This document shows, piece after piece, positions 10,038 to 17,397 of a stretch of 64,000 bases of DNA. The stretch's first letter is position 1. Every line of letters starts with the position of its first letter. The position numbers and the translations under genes are program-made. This stretch comes from an uncultured Verrucomicrobiae bacterium. Lineage in GTDB: Bacteria > Verrucomicrobiota > Verrucomicrobiia > Limisphaerales > Palsa-1400. Where the stretch lies: the NCBI GenBank assembly GCA_963707025.1, contig CAVPOM010000015.1:128001-192000 (forward strand). Direction: 5' to 3'. The notes under the pieces were generated by a model. The model did no database searches and was not told the origin of the DNA. It saw only the letters and a program-made list of their open reading frames with translations.

Positions 10038-10065
10038 ATTCTAAGCCGCGCCCCGGCACAAGCAA
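10038..10065 (-). promoter_or_regulatory. sigma70 promoter, likely leaderless, for the M42 peptidase
   Basis: TTGCTT-N16-TAGAAT, 6 nt upstream of the ATG. Confidence 0.5.
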
Positions 10066-10130
10066 TGCGGAAGGCGCGCCACGCCTTGATCTCTCCATGC
10101 GGTTGGGGGCATGGCCCCCCTGGGTCCGGG

Positions 10131-10180
10131 AAGTGAAATTAGCTGAAAACAGGTGAAAACAGGTGAAAATAACTGAAAAA
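10131..10180. repeat. 10-bp-period tandem repeat (aggtgaaaac-like, about 5 copies)
   Basis: aagtgaaatt agctgaaaac aggtgaaaac aggtgaaaat aactgaaaaa. Confidence 0.75.
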
Positions 10181-10221
10181 TGCCTCGGTGCAGGATTGCG
10201 CCCGTCCCCGGGGAATGGCGC

Positions 10222-11709
10222 TTAAATAAGGGAAGCCTTTCTTTTGGCCCGGGCCAGACGGCGGCGTTTATTGCGGCTCCAGGGCTGGCGGTATTGATGC
10301 CGCGATTTGTTCAAATGGGGGTATTTGGATCGTTTCTTGACAGCGCGCGGCTCCGCTCTTCCCGGACGCCTGGGCACCAGATCGGTCGCCAGCCTTCGGA
10401 GCAGCCGCTGCCATAATTGGCGGCGCCGTCCCCCTTTGTTCCGGGCGTGTCCGAGTTGTGCCAGTGCCTGCGTCCATTGCCGGAAGGCGTCCAGGCTGCC
10501 TTTGAAACTGATCCGATCCAAGTCCACGTTCTGGCTTTGCGCGGCTTCGGCCATGATCCAGCGCAGGAAATTATGGGCGGTGAGGAAGAGCAGGAGTTCT
10601 TTCTCCACCATGCGGGGACAGAGGCAATGCAGGCTCTGCATGCCCAGGGTGGTTTTGAGATCGTCCAGGCACAGTTCCATGCGCCAGCGCCGGGCATAAG
10701 CGGCCGCCAGTTCCTCCGCTGGAAAAAGCGCCGCATCCAACAGGGTCGTGACCAGGGTCAGGTGGCGGGTGCGGAAGCCGGCCCGGCTCAGGCGCGCGCG
10801 CAGCACCCGCACCGTGATCTGCGGCGGCAGTCCGAGCCATTCCAGGAACGAAAGCAGGGGCGAAGGCCGGCCGGGTTTGGACCAGGTAAAGAGCGCGTCC
10901 CAGTGACCCAGGCGTTGGCGGGCCTGGCGGAAATCCACCTTGCGGTTGCGCACGGAGACCCGCGCGAGCAAATCCACGCCCAGGAGTTGGAGGACGGCGG
11001 CGATAATATAAACCCCATAGGCGCGGTCGCCCAAGAGGATGTCGCCGGGGTGCAAAGCCGAGCGCAAGCCGTGGAGAAACAGAGCCAGTTCGGAGGAGCG
11101 CAGGCTGCCGGTGGCTTTGGCCAAAAGGGCGCCGCTGGCGGCGGAGAACAGAGCCACCACGCGCAGGTGGGGAAAGCCGCCGCCGGGCTGCAGGCTTTGG
11201 CTGGGGGGAAAGGCCGCCCGATTGGCCGGGGTGTCGGGCAGGTGGGTGCCGCTGCCATCGACCGCTTTCAACGGGCGGCCCTGTAGCAGCGTACTGGCCG
11301 GGGCGCGCTTTTCGGCGCTGTCGGCGCTGGCCGCGAAGGCTTGCTCCAGCAAGGCCAGGGGGAGTTTGGCGCGGGCCTGGCAATAGGCGCTGCTGTCCGG
11401 CTCCGGTTCCGGGCCTTGGACCAAGGCCAGCAGGGCCTGCACCTGAAGGACGACGTGGCGGCAGGAAGTGTTGGCTTGGAAGACTGGCCAGACCCAGCAC
11501 CACCAGGTGCGAACCAGAGTGTAAACCTGCTCGCGGGAGTAGTCGCCGGCGGCCGGTTTTCGCAGGAGGTCGGTGGGCAAGGCGGGAGCCAGGCGGTCCT
11601 CGATCTGACTCAAGGTGGCGTGACGGAGGCGCGCCAGGCTGTGGGCACAGCGGCGGCCCGCCGCCGCCAGACGGGGCCGCCAGGCCGGGAAGAAGGGGGT
11701 GTCGGGCAT
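10222..11709 (-). CDS. IS4 family DDE transposase
   Basis: AVDGS, LLGDRAY, and Y-2-R-3-E-6-K signature YARRWRMELCLDDLK; stop lies inside the IR. Confidence 0.93.
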   Translation of the reverse strand: MPDTPFFPAWRPRLAAAGRRCAHSLARLRHATLSQIEDRLAPALPTDLLRKPAAGDYSREQVYTLVRTWWCWVWPVFQANTSCRHVVLQVQALLALVQGPEPEPDSSAYCQARAKLPLALLEQAFAASADSAEKRAPASTLLQGRPLKAVDGSGTHLPDTPANRAAFPPSQSLQPGGGFPHLRVVALFSAASGALLAKATGSLRSSELALFLHGLRSALHPGDILLGDRAYGVYIIAAVLQLLGVDLLARVSVRNRKVDFRQARQRLGHWDALFTWSKPGRPSPLLSFLEWLGLPPQITVRVLRARLSRAGFRTRHLTLVTTLLDAALFPAEELAAAYARRWRMELCLDDLKTTLGMQSLHCLCPRMVEKELLLFLTAHNFLRWIMAEAAQSQNVDLDRISFKGSLDAFRQWTQALAQLGHARNKGGRRRQLWQRLLRRLATDLVPRRPGRAEPRAVKKRSKYPHLNKSRHQYRQPWSRNKRRRLARAKRKASLI

Positions 11710-11733
11710 AAGGCGGTATATATACCGCCTTAT
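11708..11733. promoter_or_regulatory. Perfect 26-bp palindrome between the divergent IS genes
   Basis: ataaggcggtata|tataccgccttat overlaps the transposase ATG and abuts TTGACA. Confidence 0.7.
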
Positions 11734-11758
11734 TGACACGTCTGCTACTCTTTTCTTT

Positions 11759-12106
11759 ATGCCGACTCACAAAACAACCCGGCCAGCCCAATGGCAGGCC
11801 CAATACGCCCAATTACGCGACCGGCTGGCCAGAACCGGCTGGATCAGCGAGGGCTACGTGCAAGACCGCGGCCCCGGAGCAGGCGGCCCTTGTTATCAGT
11901 GGACCCGCAAGGTCAAAGGCAAAACGGTCAGTGTCGCTCTCTCCAAAGAACAATATGAGTGGCTCCATGACGCCATTGCCGAGTGGCGGGAGGTGCAAGC
12001 CACCATCAAAGCCATGCAACGCTTGAGCCGTCAGGTCTTGTTTGAAACCATCCCGCATCCCCCGCGTCGTAAGAGGCTGGGTAAGAAAGTTTTAGGTCTT
12101 ATTTAA
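11759..12106 (+). CDS. DUF6788-like small basic protein (IS passenger)
   Basis: GP.YQWTRKVKGKTVSVALSKEQ motif; stop lies inside the right IR. Confidence 0.72.
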   Translation: MPTHKTTRPAQWQAQYAQLRDRLARTGWISEGYVQDRGPGAGGPCYQWTRKVKGKTVSVALSKEQYEWLHDAIAEWREVQATIKAMQRLSRQVLFETIPHPPRRKRLGKKVLGLI

Positions 12107-12298
12107 GCGCCATTCCCCGAGGACGGGCGCAGCAGCCTGCAAAGAGCCGGCGGCGGCGCACAAACCACGCGGCAAGAAATCCTCGGCGGCACGCCCGCGC
12201 AAAACAGGGCGCAAGGCGTGACGGATGTGGGAGCGGCGAAGTATGCGCGGCGGGCAGCGAAGTGGAGAATGAAGGGTTCACGGACTGAATCGCGTCGC

Positions 12299-12352
12299 GG
12301 CTCGACGGAGTCTTCCACCTTCGCCGAGCCTACGGCGGACAGGCGCCCTGCC
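12299..12352. repeat. REP-like palindrome interrupted by a 30-bp hairpin element
   Basis: ggctcgacggagtct[tccaccttcgccgagcctacggcggacagg]cgccctgcc. Confidence 0.55.
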
Positions 12353-12423
12353 GTGAGCGGTCAGATTTTTTGTTTTTCATTTTGCATTCGGCGTTTTGGC
12401 TTCGGCATTCTTCCCGCGGCATC

Positions 12424-13497
12424 ATGCACCGCGATACGCTTGTCAAGGCCAGCCGCATCGTCGTCAAATTGGGCACCGGCGTCCTGACCGACAGCCGCAA
12501 GCAACCCGATTTGGCGCAGATGACGCAGTTGGCTGCCCAGATCGCCGCCCTCCGCGCCCAAGGCAGGGAGGTGGTCATCGTCAGCTCCGGCGCGGTGGGG
12601 GCGGGCATGGGGATTTTGGGCCATGAAAAACGGCCGGTGGAAACGGCGGAATTGCAGGCTTGCGCGGCGGTGGGCCAGCCGCGGCTGATGGCCCTTTACG
12701 AAAAGCTTTTCGGCGAGGCCGGACAGGGCGTGGCCCAGGTGCTGCTGACCCACGAGGACCTGGCACATCACGAGCGGCATCTCAACGCTCGCAGCACGCT
12801 GGTCGCGCTCCTGCGCCACGGCATCATCCCGGTCATCAATGAAAACGACGCGATTTCCTTCACGGAAATAAAGTTTGGGGACAACGACCAGCTTTCCGCG
12901 CTGGTGGCCTGCCTGCTGCCGGCCGACGCGCTGGTGATTTTGACGACGGTGGACGGCTTCATCGAAAACTTCGGCCAAGCCAATCCCAAAACCATCAGCG
13001 CGGTGGAACATCTGGACGCGGCCATGGAAAAGCAGGCGCGGGGCACGGAGAGCGCCACCGCCGTGGGGGGCATGGCCTCCAAACTGCAGGCCGCCAAGAT
13101 GGTGATTCGTTCGGGCATTCCGCTGATCATCGCCTCCGGGAAAAAGAAAAACGCGCTGGCCCGCATCTTCGACGGGCGGGAAGAGGGGACCCTCTTTGTG
13201 GCGCAGCCGGCGAAATTGAAGGGGCGCAAACGCTGGATCGCGTTTTTCCATCATCCCAAGGGCGCGCTCTTTGTGGATGAAGGGGCCAAGCAGGCCCTGC
13301 GGGAAAGGGGCAAGAGCCTGCTCCCGCCCGGGGTGGCGCGCTGCGAAGGGGATTTCGCCGCCGGGGAAGTGGTGCGGGTGTGCGATTTGAACGGCACCGA
13401 GTTCGCCCGCGGGATCTGTGATGCTGATTCCAGCGCGATCAAAGCCCGCCAGGCCGCCGGGGTGCTGGTGCATCGGGATAACCTGGTGATACTTTGA
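12424..13497 (+). CDS. proB: Glutamate 5-kinase with PUA domain
   Basis: IVVKLGTGVL, VSSGAVGAG, PVINENDA, FGDNDQL, GGMASKL, VHRDNLV. Confidence 0.97.
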   Translation: MHRDTLVKASRIVVKLGTGVLTDSRKQPDLAQMTQLAAQIAALRAQGREVVIVSSGAVGAGMGILGHEKRPVETAELQACAAVGQPRLMALYEKLFGEAGQGVAQVLLTHEDLAHHERHLNARSTLVALLRHGIIPVINENDAISFTEIKFGDNDQLSALVACLLPADALVILTTVDGFIENFGQANPKTISAVEHLDAAMEKQARGTESATAVGGMASKLQAAKMVIRSGIPLIIASGKKKNALARIFDGREEGTLFVAQPAKLKGRKRWIAFFHHPKGALFVDEGAKQALRERGKSLLPPGVARCEGDFAAGEVVRVCDLNGTEFARGICDADSSAIKARQAAGVLVHRDNLVIL

Positions 13498-13516
13498 ATG
13501 CGCCGGGCAGACACCG

Positions 13517-14314
13517 ATGAAGAAGAACCAAAAAAAAACCGCGCCGCGCCGGCCTTGGCTGGGAGAGCGGACACGCCGGGCGGGCCGCGGCGGGCAACCC
13601 CGATTGCATCGGGGCCCTGCCTTTGCCAGTTCGCCCAAAAGGGACCGGTTACAAAAATCCGCCGCCGCCATCGGCGAGTTGCTGGCGGTGATGGCCCGGC
13701 TGCGCGCGCCCGGCGGCTGCCCGTGGGACCGGGAACAGAATCATCAGACCCTGCGCTTCCACGCCGTGGAAGAGGCCTACGAATTGATGGACGCCATCGA
13801 AGCCGGGGACGACCAGGAAATGGCCGAGGAGCTGGGGGATTTGCTCTTGCAGGTGGTCTTTCACTGCCAGTTGGCCGGGGAGCGCGGCGCCTTTGATTTC
13901 GAGCAGGTCGCCCGCCGCCTCACCGAAAAGCTGGTGCGCCGCCACCCACACGTCTTCGGGGAGACGAAAGTCAAGAACGTGGATGAAGTCTGGGCCAACT
14001 GGGAAAAAATCAAGACCGCGGAAAAGCACGGGACGCGGCACGCTCGCCCTTCCGCGCTGGACGGCATCCCCAAACATTTGCCCGCGCTGCTGCGGGCCGA
14101 AAAACTGGCAAAGAAAGGGCGGAAGGCAAAACTCCTTTCTGCCGGCGAGAGTGGAAGCAAAGCATTGACGAAGGGGTCGCTGGCCAGGAAATTATTTGAC
14201 CTGGCCGATGCGGCGCAGGCTCAAGGCTGGTGCGCCGAGGATCTGCTGCGCGGTGAAACCCAACGCCAGGAAAGGCGGCTCCGCAAAAAGGAACGCTTGC
14301 GGCACAAACATTGA
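13517..14314 (+). CDS. mazG: MazG family nucleoside triphosphate pyrophosphohydrolase
   Basis: LRAPGGCPWDREQ, EEAYE, EELGDLLLQVVFH, KLVRRHPHVF; start uncertain. Confidence 0.92.
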   Translation: MKKNQKKTAPRRPWLGERTRRAGRGGQPRLHRGPAFASSPKRDRLQKSAAAIGELLAVMARLRAPGGCPWDREQNHQTLRFHAVEEAYELMDAIEAGDDQEMAEELGDLLLQVVFHCQLAGERGAFDFEQVARRLTEKLVRRHPHVFGETKVKNVDEVWANWEKIKTAEKHGTRHARPSALDGIPKHLPALLRAEKLAKKGRKAKLLSAGESGSKALTKGSLARKLFDLADAAQAQGWCAEDLLRGETQRQERRLRKKERLRHKH

Positions 14315-14347
14315 AACGGCGGGAGGCACGAAGCAAAAGCTGGCGTG

Positions 14348-14767
14348 TCATTTTTCTGGAAGCAGCGAGACTTTCTCTGATTTGGCGGCGGCCCGAAGCG
14401 CCTGGTCCAATGTGGCCAGCGGGAGATCCCGCCGAATGGCCAGTTCCAGGTAAGCGGCATCGTAGCTGGTCAGCGTGTGCTTCTGCGCCAACAGGTGAGT
14501 CGCGCCCCATGCCTGGTTGACCGCCCCTTCGTCCACCTCAATGGGCAGCGACCGAAACAGCAGCAAGTGGCCGTTGATTTCCGTCCTGGTGGCTCGTTTT
14601 CGTCTCTCCGCACCCAGCAATGCGTTGGCGATTTCCCAATGCCAGAGCGGTGGCACAAAAGCTTTGGCACCTTGTCCGAGGGAATCGAGCGCTTTATCGG
14701 TTGGCGGCCCCGCCTCATCCTTCATGACCCAGGCCAGGGCAAACGAAGAATCCACGACGAAATTCAT
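14348..14767 (-). CDS. vapC: VapC PIN-domain toxin
   Basis: FVVDSS, WEIANAL, LTSYDAAYLELA, LATLD. Confidence 0.92.
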   Translation of the reverse strand: MNFVVDSSFALAWVMKDEAGPPTDKALDSLGQGAKAFVPPLWHWEIANALLGAERRKRATRTEINGHLLLFRSLPIEVDEGAVNQAWGATHLLAQKHTLTSYDAAYLELAIRRDLPLATLDQALRAAAKSEKVSLLPEK

Positions 14768-15021
14768 GGGCGGCCCTCGTTGATTAAGTCCTTCAGGCGC
14801 AGTCTGGGTTTAGCGGGAGGGTTCAGGGAGATGCGCCTGGATTTCATGGCGGCGATGGCGTTTTGGATTTCGCTCAAGCTTTGCCCTTTGGCGGGGAGGA
14901 GTTTGGCGACCTCCTCGCCGTGCAGGGTAATGGCAAAGCCTTCACCCTGGCGGGTACGCTCCAGAAGTTCCGAAAACTTCGCCTTGGCTTCGGATGCGGC
15001 GATGACGGTTGTGGCATTCAT
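14764..15021 (-). CDS. Phd/YefM family antitoxin
   Basis: ASEAKAKFSELLER...GEGFAITLHGEEVAKL; ATGA overlap with the toxin. Confidence 0.92.
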   Translation of the reverse strand: MNATTVIAASEAKAKFSELLERTRQGEGFAITLHGEEVAKLLPAKGQSLSEIQNAIAAMKSRRISLNPPAKPRLRLKDLINEGRP

Positions 15022-15040
15022 AAATCAATCTCAATACAAT

Positions 15041-15086
15041 TTGACCGATCAATGACCAGTCTAGCACTAGAACGAGCTTTTGCCAA
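15041..15086 (-). promoter_or_regulatory. TA promoter with putative operator palindromes
   Basis: TTGGCA-N17-TAGACT; palindromes tctagcactaga (15060-15071) and ttgaccgatcaa (15041-15052). Confidence 0.45.
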
Positions 15087-15159
15087 GAGAACGTTGCGAA
15101 GCCCCGTTCCTTTTTATTGCGCCGGCGGCGGCGGGGGTGTTTAGTGGTGGGTCAAATTT

Positions 15160-16269
15160 ATGACTGATCCACGTTACAAGAAGCTGGCCGATCTGCTGGC
15201 CACCTATTCCACCGCGCTGAAGAAGGGCGACCGCATCCTGCTGGAGTTGATTGATGTGCCCGATGAGTTCGGGATCGAATTGATGAGGGCGGCGCGGCGC
15301 CGGGGCGCCCTGCCCCTGATCGAGGCGCGCCATACCCGGCTCAACCGGGAGCTGATGCGGCAAACCAGCGCGCCCCACGCCCGGCTGGTGCGCGACGTGG
15401 AGTTGTCCCGCATGAAACGGATGCAAGCCTACATCGCCGTGCGCGGGTCGGACAATTCCAGCGAAAGCGCCGATGTCCCCGGCCGGTTGATGAGCCTCTA
15501 CAGCAAGACGACGCGCCCGGTGCAAAATTGGCGGGTGAACAAGACGCGCTGGTGCGTGCTGCGCTGGCCCTCGCCGAGCATGGCCCAGGCCGCCAACATG
15601 AGCACGGAGTCGTTTGAGAATTTTTATTTCCAGGTCTGCACCATGGATTATCCGAAAATGGCCCGGGCCATGGTGCCGCTGCAAAAGCTGATGAACCGAA
15701 CCGACCGGGTGCGTCTGAAATCCCCGGGCACGGATTTGCAGTTTCGCATCAAAGGGATCGGGGCGATCCTGGCGGAGGGCAAGCGCAACATCCCCGACGG
15801 GGAAGTGTTCAGTTGTCCAATCAAAGACTCGGTGCAGGGCTGCATCCAATACAACACCCCCACGATTTATTCCGGCACTAAATTTGAGAATGTCCGGCTG
15901 GAGTTTCAGGACGGCAAAATCAGCAAAGCGACCTCCAACAACAACCGGCGCCTGAACGAAATCCTGGACACCGACCCGGGGGCGCGCTACATCGGCGAGT
16001 TTTCCCTCGGCTTCAACCCCCACATCCTCAACCCGATGTGCGACATTTTGTTTGACGAAAAGATCGCCGGCTCGCTGCATTTCACCCCCGGCCAGGCCTA
16101 CGAGGACGCGGACAACGGCAACCGTTCGGCGGTGCATTGGGACCTGGTGCTGATCCAGCGGCCGGAATGGGGCGGGGGCGAGGTCTGGTTCGACGGCAAG
16201 CTCATCCGCAAGGACGGGCTGTTCCTGCCGCGCGAGTTGCAAGGGCTCAATCCCCGGAATTTGCGGTGA
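15160..16269 (+). CDS. M29 family aminopeptidase (AmpS/PepS-like)
   Basis: NIPDGEVF, YIGEFSLG, LFDEKIAGSLHFTPG, NRSAVHWD. Confidence 0.93.
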   Translation: MTDPRYKKLADLLATYSTALKKGDRILLELIDVPDEFGIELMRAARRRGALPLIEARHTRLNRELMRQTSAPHARLVRDVELSRMKRMQAYIAVRGSDNSSESADVPGRLMSLYSKTTRPVQNWRVNKTRWCVLRWPSPSMAQAANMSTESFENFYFQVCTMDYPKMARAMVPLQKLMNRTDRVRLKSPGTDLQFRIKGIGAILAEGKRNIPDGEVFSCPIKDSVQGCIQYNTPTIYSGTKFENVRLEFQDGKISKATSNNNRRLNEILDTDPGARYIGEFSLGFNPHILNPMCDILFDEKIAGSLHFTPGQAYEDADNGNRSAVHWDLVLIQRPEWGGGEVWFDGKLIRKDGLFLPRELQGLNPRNLR

Positions 16270-16285
16270 GGCTGGTCGCCGGCCT

Positions 16286-17161
16286 TCATCCCTTCAGGAT
16301 GTGGAGGAACTGCTTCATGGCGGGGGAGAGGACCTTGTTCTTTTTGTAAAGGGCGGCCAGGGGACGGAACAGTTCGACCCCTTCGATCCTGACTTCGGCC
16401 AGGGTTTGCTTGGCCACTTCCTGCAGGACGGTGGCCTGGGGCACGATGGAGATGCCGGCCTCGATTTCCACGGCGCGCTTGACCGTTTCGATGTTGTCGA
16501 ACTCCATGACCGTCTGCACCGTCACGCCGTGTTCCTTCAAGATTTTATCAATGGCTTTGCGCGTGGGAATATCGGGTTCGAAGCTGATGAATTTCTCGCC
16601 GTTGAGCTGGGATAATTTGATGGTTTTGTTTTTGGCCAGCGGATGCTGGGGATGGCAGATGAGCACCAGCACGTCCTTGCGCAGCGGGACCAACTCCAGC
16701 TTGGGGTCCTTGGTCGGATAAGCGACCAGGCCCAAATCCACCACGTTGCTCAAGACGTCCTCATAAACCTGGTTGGCCCGGCGGTATTCGACATGGACGT
16801 TGACGGTGGGAAAGAGCTTGAGGAATTTTTTCAGGTAGGGGGGCAGATCGTGCAGGCCGATGCTGTAAATGGTGGCCAGGCGGATGGTGCCGGAAATGAT
16901 GTCCTTGATTTCCTGGAGGCGGTTGTGCAGGGAGTCATAGCTTTGGATGATCTGCTTGCTGTATTCGTAGAGGACCTGGCCCTCGCGGGTCAGGCGGAAC
17001 TTCTTCTTGCTCCGCTCGATGAGGAGGGATTTGAATTGTCGCTCCAGCGAACTGATCTGCTGGCTGACGGCGGATTGCGTCACGTTGTTGATTTGGGCCG
17101 CTTTGGTGAAACTTTCCGTTTCAGTCAAATCACAAAAAACTTTCAAGCTTTCGACTTGCAT
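16286..17161 (-). CDS. LysR family transcriptional regulator
   Basis: HTH SFTKAAQINNVTQSAVSQQISSLE; substrate-binding domain DNIETVKRAVE; start MQVESL. Confidence 0.95.
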   Translation of the reverse strand: MQVESLKVFCDLTETESFTKAAQINNVTQSAVSQQISSLERQFKSLLIERSKKKFRLTREGQVLYEYSKQIIQSYDSLHNRLQEIKDIISGTIRLATIYSIGLHDLPPYLKKFLKLFPTVNVHVEYRRANQVYEDVLSNVVDLGLVAYPTKDPKLELVPLRKDVLVLICHPQHPLAKNKTIKLSQLNGEKFISFEPDIPTRKAIDKILKEHGVTVQTVMEFDNIETVKRAVEIEAGISIVPQATVLQEVAKQTLAEVRIEGVELFRPLAALYKKNKVLSPAMKQFLHILKG

Positions 17162-17251
17162 TAGGCAATTGAAACGAAAAAAGACGATAAAGTCAACTAA
17201 TGATTCGCAAGACTTATTGGCCGGGCGCGGGACAGGATTCTTCGGGGCTCG

Positions 17252-17309
17252 CCCTCCTCCTGACCTTCTCCCCCAGTGCTCGCTCGTGCCGGACGGAGAG
17301 AGAGAGGGA
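17252..17309. repeat. Polypyrimidine/polypurine REP-like inverted repeat
   Basis: ccctcctcctgaccttctcccc ... ggagagagagaggga. Confidence 0.4.
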
Positions 17310-17397
17310 CAAGGCTGCTGTCCGGGCGGCGCCACTGTGCGAAATTCCGCAATTTTCCCTGCGCGGCGGCTTTCCAGGAAGAATTATGTCTGGCGCC

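Larger units (their letters stand above)
10213..12115 (-). mobile_element. IS4-family insertion sequence with a passenger gene
   Basis: Perfect 18-bp terminal IRs gaatggcgcttaaataag (10213-10230) and cttatttaagcgccattc (12098-12115) resembling IS4-group ends; flanked by halves of a GC hairpin. Confidence 0.9.
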
